Below are positions 9,229 through 18,274 of a stretch of DNA of 64,000 bases, one piece after another (position 1 is the first letter of the stretch; every line of letters starts with the position of its first letter). The stretch spans positions 69,177 through 133,176 of the forward strand of contig JBAYJK010000003.1 of NCBI GenBank assembly GCA_041665145.1. Reading direction: 5' to 3'. This DNA comes from Patescibacteria group bacterium. Lineage in GTDB: Bacteria; Patescibacteriota; Microgenomatia; UBA1406. The notes beneath the pieces are model-generated. The model did no database searches, was not told the DNA's origin, and saw only the letters and a program-made list of their open reading frames with translations. The position numbers were made by a program, and so were the translations under genes.

Positions 9229-10278
9229 ATGGAAAAAACATTGATCAAACGGAAACGAAAATACACCGTTGCCCTCCTCTACCACTTTGTACCGAAGACC
9301 GAGAAAGTACAGGATGAAGAGCACACTCTGACTGACGGAGAAACAGGTACCCTGATTCCCTATTTCAAACGAGTGTTTGAAAGTCATGATTTTAGGGTTC
9401 AGATTATTAAAATCCGAACAGACAACTACATGGCACTCAAAAAAGTCAAAGCGGATTATATTTTCAATTTGGTGGACAGTACAGAAATGTATTTGCGTAT
9501 CGGGAAAATATTGACCAAGATGAGCATCCCGTTCTCCGGTGCCTCGTTGGTCGGAATGCGCATTTCAAGCAACAAACTGCTTATGAAACGGATGTTCGAT
9601 AAATACAATATTTCGACCCCAAAATACACCATTATTCACATGAAAGACAGGATTACCCGTGACCTCGTGCCGTCAAAGTTTCCGGTAATCGTGAAACCGG
9701 CTTTTGAGCACTGCAGTATCGGTATAACCGTTGATTCGATTGCAACAAACTATCGGAACTTTCGGGCGGTCGTGAAAATGTTGCGGAGTAAATTCAACCA
9801 AACGTTACTCGCGGAAGAATTTATTGCGGGCCGCGAATTTCAAGTGACTGTTCTCGATACCCCCCGACGGACAATTGCGTTTCCGATCGCAGAGATTAAA
9901 TTCCGCTACGGCAAGGGAAACAAATGGAATATTTACGGGTATGACGAAAAGTGGAATAAAAACGTCGAAAGTTATAAATACCGGTATTTTGTCGCCCCTG
10001 CTCCCGGAGTCCCGAAAGATATCATGTATAAAATTAAGAAAGAGTGTATTCGTTCGTTTCATGCGTTCAATATGCGCGATTATGCACGTTTTGATCTCCG
10101 CTATTCTCCGGAACGGAAAATGTGGTATTTTCTGGAAGCAAACGCAACGTGTGATCTGGACCCGAGTCCCAAAGAAGCTACTACCACCTCTGTCCGGGCA
10201 CGCGGCATGACGCTTGATGAGTTCATCATCAGCATTGTGAACGATACGCTTGAAAAACGAGAGCAAACGATGCAATAA
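9229..10278 (+). CDS. ATP-grasp enzyme (D-Ala-D-Ala ligase-like fold)
   Basis: Segments SNKLLMKRMFDKYNISTPKY, FPVIVKPAFEHCSIGI and EEFIAGREFQVTVL form the ATP-grasp pattern. The start is taken at MEKTLIK rather than the upstream ATG at 9163. Confidence 0.7.
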   Translation: MEKTLIKRKRKYTVALLYHFVPKTEKVQDEEHTLTDGETGTLIPYFKRVFESHDFRVQIIKIRTDNYMALKKVKADYIFNLVDSTEMYLRIGKILTKMSIPFSGASLVGMRISSNKLLMKRMFDKYNISTPKYTIIHMKDRITRDLVPSKFPVIVKPAFEHCSIGITVDSIATNYRNFRAVVKMLRSKFNQTLLAEEFIAGREFQVTVLDTPRRTIAFPIAEIKFRYGKGNKWNIYGYDEKWNKNVESYKYRYFVAPAPGVPKDIMYKIKKECIRSFHAFNMRDYARFDLRYSPERKMWYFLEANATCDLDPSPKEATTTSVRARGMTLDEFIISIVNDTLEKREQTMQ

Positions 10279-10285
10279 TGATAGT

Positions 10286-10657
10286 ATGAAAAACTTACTC
10301 CAAAACGTTACTCAACAGGCCAGAGACAATGAATATTTTAGAAGAGTTCTTGCAACCGGAAAGCATACACAGGTAGTTATTATGAGCATCGCGGTCGGTG
10401 AAGACATCGGTGAGGAAACACACGCGGAGAATGACCAGGTACTCTATCTACTTGAAGGTGAAGGCGAAGTTGTTCTGGATGGCGAGCGTTCCCCCTACAA
10501 AGCTGGTGATCTCGTACTTGTTTCTGCCGGTATAAAACATAATTTCATTAATACCGGCGAAGTCCCGTTGAAAATACTTACCACCTATTCTCCTTCCCAT
10601 CATCCTGAAGGAACGGTACATAAAACGAAAGAAGAAGCGGAAAAGGCGGAATATTAG
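10286..10657 (+). CDS. cupin-domain protein
   Basis: GEETHAENDQVLYLLEGEG...GDLVLVSAGIKHNFINTG shows cupin motifs 1 and 2. Confidence 0.8.
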   Translation: MKNLLQNVTQQARDNEYFRRVLATGKHTQVVIMSIAVGEDIGEETHAENDQVLYLLEGEGEVVLDGERSPYKAGDLVLVSAGIKHNFINTGEVPLKILTTYSPSHHPEGTVHKTKEEAEKAEY

Positions 10658-10669
10658 AATTACATTCTA

Positions 10670-10689
10670 GGGCCGGGCATGCCCGGCCC
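10670..10689. repeat. REP-like GC-rich perfect palindrome GGGCCGGGCATGCCCGGCCC (intergenic copy)
   Basis: A 20-nt perfect palindrome (16/20 G+C) in an AT-rich spacer between the convergent cupin and RayT-like genes. It may act as a bidirectional terminator hairpin. Confidence 0.85.
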
Positions 10690-10706
10690 GTACGAATTTA
10701 ACATTT

Positions 10707-11162
10707 TCATTTCCTTGGATTGTATTCAATATAGTTTCTGATTGCGGTTAATTCTTTTTCATTCCTGATGATTCGGTCATAAAATGATCGATGCCATTGA
10801 AAATTAATACCCAACAAATGAATTAATTTCGAAGATGTTGATTTGAATGACCCAATGATTGTCGGTAGTAGGGGCCGGGCATGCCCGGCCCGTGGAACAG
10901 AGAAGTTGTTTATTACAATAATTCCATGCACATGGTCCGGCATTACGATATGCCGGTCAATTGAAACGGATTCAAAATGTTCGGGGATTTGAAACCATGT
11001 TTGGTGCATGGTCGTTCCAATTGGGTTGACACATATGCGTCCATGTTTTATCTCACCGAATATATTTCCGCGTTCTTGTGCGCATATGGTAATAAAATAC
11101 CACGCGTTTGAAGAATAATTGAAGTTTCTGTACATATTGGACTTACGAACAACAAAGACCAC
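10707..11162 (-). CDS. REP-associated tyrosine transposase-like protein (RayT / IS200-type Y1 HUH)
   Basis: HUH motif PDHVHGIIVI and C-terminal QWHRSFYDRIIRNEKELTAIRNYIEYNP, typical of COG1943/RayT. The start is uncertain (GTG at 11162 or ATG at 11135). Confidence 0.8.
   Translation of the reverse strand: MVFVVRKSNMYRNFNYSSNAWYFITICAQERGNIFGEIKHGRICVNPIGTTMHQTWFQIPEHFESVSIDRHIVMPDHVHGIIVINNFSVPRAGHARPLLPTIIGSFKSTSSKLIHLLGINFQWHRSFYDRIIRNEKELTAIRNYIEYNPRK
10872..10891. repeat. Second copy of the REP-like palindrome, embedded in-frame in the RayT-like CDS
   Basis: The same 20-mer with the same TA..GT flanks. It encodes ...PRAGHARPLL... Confidence 0.85.
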
Positions 11163-11210
11163 AAAACAAACTTATTCTAAGTCGAGCCTTATTACAACGG
11201 TTTATAAGCA

Positions 11211-11981
11211 TCATTCTAATTCAAATTCTGCAAAAACAGGATAATGGTCGGTAAGAGCGTCTGACAGGATTTCGCTGTTAATATATTCCATGCCGCGATA
11301 CAAAACGTGATCGTATTTTCTTCCCCTGGGTGTAGTCGAAGTAGTAAGGGGAACTTCAAAAATGCCCTGCTTACTCAACAACGGTGCAAATTGTTCCAAC
11401 GAGTCACTATCAATATTGAAATCTCCGGTAAGAAGGAAATGTGGCGCGCTTTCATGAATTTTTTCGTAAAAATCCTCCCGTAATTTTGCAGCATCTTGCC
11501 CGAACGGGTCGATCCCCAGTTTCCTGAATGGTATGAGGTGTACTGTCTCAATCAACACTTTCCTTTTTTTCAATATATCTATAGTGACTTTGGTGACGCC
11601 CTTGTCGTGCGTAATCCAGGTTTTCCCGCTCATTTTAAAAGACAAATGCGGGTTTTTAAACAACGTGAAAGAATGATCTATTATTGGAAACCGGGATATA
11701 ACACCCTGACTGAGCATCATCTGCGGATCAATGTGGGACTCCCCATAGGCATCGTGTCGCACGTAATGCAACTTTGTCATACTTGACAGTATCTGAAGCT
11801 GATCATATCCGCCCATTTTATGAGACTCCTGAAATGTAACAATATCAACGTTATACTTTTTGATCACCGAAGAAATATATGACAAATCAACCGTGGTGTA
11901 GCTTGCGTATACGGAAGAATCGGCGTTTTCCTCACGAATTCTGCCACCACCAATATTCCATTGTAATACTCGGATCTTCAT
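11211..11981 (-). CDS. endonuclease/exonuclease/phosphatase (EEP) family protein
   Basis: N-terminal MKIRVLQWNIGGG, TFQES, LLTGDFN and C-terminal TDHYPV. Confidence 0.85.
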   Translation of the reverse strand: MKIRVLQWNIGGGRIREENADSSVYASYTTVDLSYISSVIKKYNVDIVTFQESHKMGGYDQLQILSSMTKLHYVRHDAYGESHIDPQMMLSQGVISRFPIIDHSFTLFKNPHLSFKMSGKTWITHDKGVTKVTIDILKKRKVLIETVHLIPFRKLGIDPFGQDAAKLREDFYEKIHESAPHFLLTGDFNIDSDSLEQFAPLLSKQGIFEVPLTTSTTPRGRKYDHVLYRGMEYINSEILSDALTDHYPVFAEFELE

Positions 11982-12002
11982 AAAAAGAGTATATCACCTC
12001 TT

Positions 12003-12485
12003 TTATTCCAGCGGCTTTTTGACCAAACGGTAGTTGGGAACAATCTGGATAATGTTTCCGTTATCGTCTTCGATTGTTCTGGCGCCGGTTTTTTGAACAT
12101 ACTGTTCAAGGTAACCCGAAAGCATCTCATTGGCATGCTTCAACTCTTCACGAAGATTCTTCACTTTGTCTGCGACAGCAACTGTTCCCGGCTGTTGAGC
12201 GATTTTTTCTTTTGCGGCTGTTTTTACTTTTTTAACCTCTTTTTCTTTTTCGGTTGCTTCATGAAAATTGGCATCGTTCTCAAACGCGTCATTAAACATT
12301 GAACGTTGCTCCCTCATTTCTACTTTTAAGCGATTGATGTCACCCATATAACGCTTTATAAGCGTATCAAGCTGAAGCGATTGTTCCACTTCTCCATTGA
12401 CTTCCGGAGTCAAATTTTGTGTCTCAGCAGTCTCCGGAACAATGGTTGCTTCTTCTGGGGTAATGGCAGTTTTGTCGTCATTCAT
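12003..12485 (-). CDS. hypothetical coiled-coil protein (160 aa)
   Basis: ORF with a charged, K/E-rich central region. No motif recognised. Confidence 0.55.
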   Translation of the reverse strand: MNDDKTAITPEEATIVPETAETQNLTPEVNGEVEQSLQLDTLIKRYMGDINRLKVEMREQRSMFNDAFENDANFHEATEKEKEVKKVKTAAKEKIAQQPGTVAVADKVKNLREELKHANEMLSGYLEQYVQKTGARTIEDDNGNIIQIVPNYRLVKKPLE

Positions 12486-12571
12486 AATAATATAATAGAA
12501 CTAATAATGAGAATAATAACTATACTCGAAGAGTGCGGAACAAATCAAGGTGATAATTTCCCGGTAGGCGC

Positions 12572-12588
12572 TTTCAGCTTAATTTCAG
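12572..12588 (+). promoter_or_regulatory. Direct repeat TTTCAG-N5-TTTCAG, candidate operator of the adjacent OmpR-family regulator
   Basis: Two identical hexamers with 11-bp spacing, 9 nt upstream of TATAAT (12598-12603). That box is 7 nt from the ATG at 12611. Confidence 0.55.
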
Positions 12589-12610
12589 TCAAATTGGTAT
12601 AATTGACCCA

Positions 12611-13285
12611 ATGAGAATTCTGGTCGTTGAGGATGAACATCGGATTGCAAATTCAATCAAAACCGGCCTTCAGCAGGAAAAGTACGCTGTCGATATCTGT
12701 TATTCGGGTGATGAAGGCTTTGACTTGGCGTCTACTGAAGAATATGATGCGATTATTCTGGATTTGATGCTTCCCGGAATGGACGGTCTGGCAATTTGCA
12801 GGAACCTTCGAAAATCCCGCATACACACTCCAATTCTTATGTTGACGGCTAAAGGTCAAATTCAAGATAAGGTGACCGGACTGGATGCCGGTGCTGATGA
12901 TTATTTAACAAAACCCTTTTCATTTGAAGAGCTGTTGGCAAGACTGCGGGCGCTTGTTCGACGTCCTCGCGTAGCGCTTGAGACGGTACTATCCGTAGGC
13001 ACGCTGAAGCTTGATCCTAAAGCTTATACGGTTACTAGAAGCGGAAACGCTCTCAGCCTCTCAAGTAAAGAGTTTTCGCTCCTGGAGTACCTCGTGCGAA
13101 ACCAAGGCAAAATTCTGACGAAAGATCAGATTATCAGTCATGTCTGGGATTACGATGCGGATGTTCTACCCAACACCGTTGAAGTTTATATTCGTAATCT
13201 CCGAATTAAAATAGACGAACCGTTTAAAAAAGAAAAACCGCTCATTCGTACCGTGCGGGGTTTCGGTTACCAGATAGAAGAATAA
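12611..13285 (+). CDS. OmpR/PhoB-family response regulator
   Basis: Receiver domain (MRILVVEDE, DAIILDLMLPGMDG, LTAK) plus a winged-helix C-terminus (TVRGFGY). Confidence 0.95.
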   Translation: MRILVVEDEHRIANSIKTGLQQEKYAVDICYSGDEGFDLASTEEYDAIILDLMLPGMDGLAICRNLRKSRIHTPILMLTAKGQIQDKVTGLDAGADDYLTKPFSFEELLARLRALVRRPRVALETVLSVGTLKLDPKAYTVTRSGNALSLSSKEFSLLEYLVRNQGKILTKDQIISHVWDYDADVLPNTVEVYIRNLRIKIDEPFKKEKPLIRTVRGFGYQIEE

Positions 13286-13287
13286 TT

Positions 13288-14310
13288 ATGTTTCATGGAG
13301 CTCGATTAAAACTAACTGCCTGGTATCTGCTTATTGTCATGCTGGTAAGCATGGCATTCAGTGCTGTGATTTACCGGGGGCTCATGAGTGAGGTAGAACG
13401 ATTTGCCCACACACAGGAGCTGCGGATCATGCGGGGTTTCCCGAATGATATTCGTGTTCCGTATCTTTTAATTGATAAAGATTTTATCAATGAAACACGC
13501 AGAAGACTTATTCTGACTCTTGTTTTTATTAACGGATCCATTTTTTTTGTATCGGGAGCACTCGGTTACTTATTATCGGGAAAAACGCTTGAGCCGATCA
13601 AAGAAATGGTGGATGAGCAGAACAGGTTTATAACTGATGCCTCACATGAATTGCGTACTCCGCTTACTGCCCTTAAAAGTTCGATGGAAGTTTATCTGAG
13701 AGGAAAAACTCCTACCCTCACTGAAGCAAAAACGCTTGTAGTTGACAGCATAGCTGATGTCAATAAGCTTCAATCCCTCTCCGAGAGTTTACTTCAACTG
13801 ACACAGTACCAAAATAAGCCACAAGGTATAGTTTTTAAGAACGTATCGGTAGCTGAAATTGTTGAAGCCGCAAAAAAACAGATAAAAGCCGTTGCTGCGA
13901 AACGGGGGCTCACTATTAAAGATGATATTGCTGATATTTCGGTGAACGGTAATTCCGATAGCCTGACTGAATTACTGGTGATACTTTTGGACAACGCAGT
14001 GAAATACAGTTTGCCGGATAGTAAAACTATCCATATTGCGGCAAAGCGACTCGATGGAAATGCAGAAATCTCAGTTACGGATTCGGGAATAGGTATAAGT
14101 AAAAAAGATATTCCGCGAATTTTCGACAGGTTCTACCGTGCAGATGCAGCACGCACACGATCGAATTTCGGAGGCTATGGGCTTGGATTGGCAATTGCGC
14201 AAAAGATAGTCGCTCTGCACAACGGAACGATACGTGTACAGAGTGCTGAAGGAAACGGCAGTAAATTTACCATAACGCTTCCCGCTGCCGTCAGACAATA
14301 TAGGAGCTAA
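13288..14310 (+). CDS. sensor histidine kinase
   Basis: Two TM segments, H-box SHELRTPLT, N box LLDNAVKY, G boxes DSGIGI and GYGLGLAI. Confidence 0.95.
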   Translation: MFHGARLKLTAWYLLIVMLVSMAFSAVIYRGLMSEVERFAHTQELRIMRGFPNDIRVPYLLIDKDFINETRRRLILTLVFINGSIFFVSGALGYLLSGKTLEPIKEMVDEQNRFITDASHELRTPLTALKSSMEVYLRGKTPTLTEAKTLVVDSIADVNKLQSLSESLLQLTQYQNKPQGIVFKNVSVAEIVEAAKKQIKAVAAKRGLTIKDDIADISVNGNSDSLTELLVILLDNAVKYSLPDSKTIHIAAKRLDGNAEISVTDSGIGISKKDIPRIFDRFYRADAARTRSNFGGYGLGLAIAQKIVALHNGTIRVQSAEGNGSKFTITLPAAVRQYRS

Positions 14311-15031
14311 ACCCTTTAGTGAAAATTGCCATTCCGTTTTTATCAATCAGGTAACCTTCAAATCCCGGAAGCTTTTCTATAAACGCAATGCCTTTATACC
14401 CCATGGCAACTGCGGCAGTTGAAAAGCGGTCAGCTTCATACGCATTCGGACCGATGACTGAAAGACTGACAATATCCGTAATCTTTGTCTTCGGCTGTAA
14501 CGGGTTATAAATCTGCTGGTCGCGTATATTTGTCCGTGAAGTTGCCAGAGCACAATCACGTAAAGTGATCACTTTTACCACTTGTTCGTGTTTAAACGGG
14601 TGCCGTATACCGACGTGCCACGGTTTTCCTTTATCGTTTTTACCATGTGCCTCTATATCACTGCCTGCTTCTATGTAAAAGTTTTCAAACCCATCCTCCG
14701 TGAGTAGTATTGAAGCATTGTGAATTGCCCAGCCCTTCACCATACCCGAAGGGTCTAGTTTCTTTCCATTTTGAATATTAAAATAACCCCCCGTTTCGTC
14801 TTTGGTATCTTCACATAAGGCAAGAACAGTACGCATGTCGTCGCTGTAAACCTCCTCCTCCAACTCTCCCCTGTTAATCTGTGACAGCTCGCTGTCTTTC
14901 TCATCGGGATCGAATGTATGATGAACGTAGCTGAAATAATCGAAGATTTTGTCGAAAGTTTTCTGAGTTACTTCGGCGTCATTAACTTCGACAGTAACGG
15001 GTATGTCCACTATAATTCGTGTTTCTTTCAT
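14291..15031 (-). CDS. apbE: FAD:protein FMN transferase (ApbE family)
   Basis: LDPSGMVKGWAI and ALATSRTN resemble the ApbE motifs (DxgGiaKGyA, vATSG). Confidence 0.7.
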   Translation of the reverse strand: MKETRIIVDIPVTVEVNDAEVTQKTFDKIFDYFSYVHHTFDPDEKDSELSQINRGELEEEVYSDDMRTVLALCEDTKDETGGYFNIQNGKKLDPSGMVKGWAIHNASILLTEDGFENFYIEAGSDIEAHGKNDKGKPWHVGIRHPFKHEQVVKVITLRDCALATSRTNIRDQQIYNPLQPKTKITDIVSLSVIGPNAYEADRFSTAAVAMGYKGIAFIEKLPGFEGYLIDKNGMAIFTKGFSSYIV

Positions 15032-15034
15032 GGC

Positions 15035-16297
15035 TTATTTATTCAACACGCCCACGTTTGTGCCGGCCGTTTTAAAAGCACTTACCAGCATTTCGACGTC
15101 GGCAACCGTATGAGAAGCCGAAAGCTGAACACGAAGTTCGTCCCGTCCGGCGGTGACTACCGGGTAACTCAAATTGGTTACCAGGAATTGTCGCTCAAAC
15201 AGATTGTCAGCAAGTGCTCTGCATTTTGCGGCGTCACCTATTAAAACAGGTTGTATCGGGTGAACGGACTCTGCGGCAAATGTGAAGCCTGCCTTTTTCA
15301 TCGCTGTTTTAAACAATTGTGTCATTTCCTGTAAGTGCGCAATCATTTTCTTCCCTGCCTTGCTATCTACAAGATTAATAGATGCCAAAGCCGCGCCGGC
15401 AGTGCCCGGAGAAATTGAATTTGAGTAAATATATGTTGCAGCAGATTCCCTCAAGTAATCGATGACTTTTTTTGAAGCAACAACGTATCCTCCATCGGCT
15501 CCGAACCCTTTGCCAAGTGTTCCGACCAACACGTCTGCTTGTGCAGTGCATAATTCTTCCGTGCCGCGACCGGTAGGACCAAATGCCGCAATTCCATGAC
15601 AATCGTCAACAACCAACAGTACACCGTGTTCGTACTGCTCATCATATTTATCAACAACTTCCCGGATTTTCTTCAGGTCCTGATATTCACCGAGCATGCT
15701 GAATACTCCGTCGGTAACCACGAGGGCTCGCTTGACTGTATTCTTTCTGGCTTCCAATATTTCCTCCAAATGCGCGGCGTCCAAATGTCTGAAAACTTCC
15801 CGATGGTCTTTGGGAAGGTTTGCAACACGAATGCCGTCAATGATGCTGCGGTGGTTTAAGGCGTCCGATACAACAAGCACATCCGGGGTAACGGCGGTAT
15901 CTTTCCGTTGTCCCTGAATTAAACAGAATAATACGGCCATATTGGTAGCAAACGCAGACGAAAAAACCATAGCGGCTTCACGGTTGTGAAATTTTGCTAA
16001 AGCGTTTTCGAGATCTACGTGCACTTTTAATGATCCGGAAATAAACCGCACTGCTCCCGGCCCTGAACCGTACGTTTCCGAAGCTTCATGCTCTGCAGCA
16101 ATAAGGTCCGGGTGATGACGAAGTCCGAGGTAGTCATTGGAATTAAAAATTTTTACTTCCTTGCCACCCATGAGTGCATAGGAATGAGGATACTCCGTAA
16201 ATCCATCAATAACTCTTTCATGACGTTTGGATGTTTTCACGCTGTCGATGGTTGCGACTTCCTTGTCAAGAAGTGCAAAAAAGTTAGTTTTACTCAT
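15035..16297 (-). CDS. kbl: 2-amino-3-ketobutyrate CoA ligase (glycine C-acetyltransferase), PLP-dependent
   Basis: AONS/KBL family pattern with DDCHG and GTLGKGFG (PLP lysine). It overlaps the upstream tdh-like gene by 4 nt. Confidence 0.8.
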   Translation of the reverse strand: MSKTNFFALLDKEVATIDSVKTSKRHERVIDGFTEYPHSYALMGGKEVKIFNSNDYLGLRHHPDLIAAEHEASETYGSGPGAVRFISGSLKVHVDLENALAKFHNREAAMVFSSAFATNMAVLFCLIQGQRKDTAVTPDVLVVSDALNHRSIIDGIRVANLPKDHREVFRHLDAAHLEEILEARKNTVKRALVVTDGVFSMLGEYQDLKKIREVVDKYDEQYEHGVLLVVDDCHGIAAFGPTGRGTEELCTAQADVLVGTLGKGFGADGGYVVASKKVIDYLRESAATYIYSNSISPGTAGAALASINLVDSKAGKKMIAHLQEMTQLFKTAMKKAGFTFAAESVHPIQPVLIGDAAKCRALADNLFERQFLVTNLSYPVVTAGRDELRVQLSASHTVADVEMLVSAFKTAGTNVGVLNK

Positions 16298-17238
16298 GCT
16301 TTTTGAATTTTAATTTTTATATTTTTAAACATATCAATTGCCATTTCGTGGAGTCCGTAGGTATGTTTCCACCCCCAGTCTTTACGCGCCTGACTATCAT
16401 CGATTTTTGTCGGCCAACTGTCCGCAATTGCCTGGTGAAAGTCGGGCTTATACTCACAGGTGAAACCCGGTACGAGTTTTTTGATCTCTGCTACAAGCTC
16501 CTCTGGTGCAAAGCTGAACGCGGCAAAATTATAGCTCGTGCGTACGGTCAAATTTCTGCTGTCTGCATTCATGAGATCTATGGTTCCTTTAATGGCATCC
16601 TCCATATACATCATGGGTAGCGAGGTTCCTTCTTTGAGGAAGCACTCAAAATGTTTGGTTTTTATGGCATCATAAAATATCTGAATGGCGTATTCTGTGG
16701 TGCCGGCTCCCGGAGCGGCTTTGTACCCCAATAAGCCAGGGTATCGCACACTTCGCACATCAACACCATATTTGAGATTGTAGTACTGACATAACAATTC
16801 TCCTGAAACCTTATTCACGCCGTACATGGTGGTCGGTTCAAGCACCGTGTGCTGCGGTGTGTTGTGCTTTGGAGTTGTCGTTCCGAACGCGGCAATGGAG
16901 CTTGGCCAAAATATCTTGAATTTACGGTCTATGGCAAGATCAAGTACATGTTTCAAACTTAAATAATTCACTTCCCACGCTAGCTGCGGATTCTTTTCAC
17001 TGCCGCCGGACAATATTCCTGCAAGATGAAAAACGGTGTCAATCTGATGATCATCGATAATTTTTGCGAGACCCTCCTTGTCTGTGACACTTCCTTTTAC
17101 GAGGATTCCGTCAAACCCCTCGTGGACTACCGAGTGACCGAGACAGATCACATTTTCCCGACCGTATTGTTTTTGGAGTGCTTCCACCAAGTCGGTACCG
17201 ACGAGGCCGAATGCTCCGGTGACAAGTATTTTTTTCAT
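16294..17238 (-). CDS. tdh: L-threonine 3-dehydrogenase, extended-SDR (epimerase-like) type
   Basis: Rossmann motif VTGAFGLVGTDL, catalytic YGVNKVSGE (YxxxK), and operon context with kbl. The start is moved to MKKILVTG because TACAAT lies 6 nt upstream. Confidence 0.7.
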   Translation of the reverse strand: MKKILVTGAFGLVGTDLVEALQKQYGRENVICLGHSVVHEGFDGILVKGSVTDKEGLAKIIDDHQIDTVFHLAGILSGGSEKNPQLAWEVNYLSLKHVLDLAIDRKFKIFWPSSIAAFGTTTPKHNTPQHTVLEPTTMYGVNKVSGELLCQYYNLKYGVDVRSVRYPGLLGYKAAPGAGTTEYAIQIFYDAIKTKHFECFLKEGTSLPMMYMEDAIKGTIDLMNADSRNLTVRTSYNFAAFSFAPEELVAEIKKLVPGFTCEYKPDFHQAIADSWPTKIDDSQARKDWGWKHTYGLHEMAIDMFKNIKIKIQKA

Positions 17239-17256
17239 ATTTCTATTGTACAACTT

Positions 17257-18258
17257 TTAACCGTTTGCCAGTTGACCACATGCGGCTTTTATGTCATCGC
17301 CCATGGTCACCCGGACCGTATGTTGCAACCCGTATTTGCTCAAAATGTTTGAGAATTGACGTACAGCTTGAGGAGTTGAGCGTTGATACGAATTTCCTGC
17401 GACCGGGTTATACGGAATTAGATTTACATGTGTCAGATGGGTTCCGAGCAAATTAACCAATTCTTCAGCATGGTGCGGTGTATCATTCACGGAATCGATC
17501 AAAATGTACTCGAAGCTTACCCGTTTGTTTGTCCGCTGGGCATACTCATGGAATACGTCCAGCAGTTCCGGTAAGGGGAATTTTAATGCGACAGGCATAA
17601 TTTTTTCCCGGAGTTTTTGATTCGGCGCATGCAGGCTTAAAGCGAGACGCCCTTTATATTCCGTCTTTAAAAGCTCTTTAAGATTCGGTGTAATTCCCGA
17701 CGTAGAAATTGTTATGCGCCGCATGCTGAGAGCCAATTTTTCCGGGTCGCAGAATACACGGATAGCTTCCATAACGTTTTGTAAATTTATAAGCGGCTCA
17801 CCCATTCCCATAAATACGATGTTGGTTACTTTTTCTTTGTCTTTTTTAAGAAATCGTTCGAAATACAAAACCTGATCAACAATTTCCCGTCCAGTTAGTT
17901 GCGCTTTAAAACCCATTTTTCCGGTAGCACAGAATGTACATCCGATCGGGCATCCGATCATACAACTTACACAAACGGTGTTTCTGCCGTCCCTGTGTCT
18001 CATAAGTACGGCTTCCAAAAATTGACCGTCTGAAACCCGGCTCAATAACACTTTCACCGTTTTTTTATCTGCTGACTCCAGCTCTTTAACCTTGTTTAGT
18101 GTGGAAAACGGAATTGTGTGAATTAATTTTTCACGCAATGCTTTCGGCCAAGTAGTTACTTCATCAATTGACTCGGCAAAATCAACATAAAAGGCCTGGT
18201 GAAATTGAGAGGCACGGTAAGCGGGTAGGTTATTATCCGTGATAAATTTTCCGATCAT
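17257..18258 (-). CDS. rlmN: 23S rRNA/tRNA (adenine-C2)-methyltransferase, radical SAM
   Basis: CVSCMIGCPIGCTFCATG, GMGEPL, and a C-terminal conserved Cys (DIKAACGQL). The start is set at 18258 because TATAAT lies 6 nt upstream. Confidence 0.9.
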   Translation of the reverse strand: MIGKFITDNNLPAYRASQFHQAFYVDFAESIDEVTTWPKALREKLIHTIPFSTLNKVKELESADKKTVKVLLSRVSDGQFLEAVLMRHRDGRNTVCVSCMIGCPIGCTFCATGKMGFKAQLTGREIVDQVLYFERFLKKDKEKVTNIVFMGMGEPLINLQNVMEAIRVFCDPEKLALSMRRITISTSGITPNLKELLKTEYKGRLALSLHAPNQKLREKIMPVALKFPLPELLDVFHEYAQRTNKRVSFEYILIDSVNDTPHHAEELVNLLGTHLTHVNLIPYNPVAGNSYQRSTPQAVRQFSNILSKYGLQHTVRVTMGDDIKAACGQLANG

Positions 18259-18274
18259 AGGTAAATTATACCAA

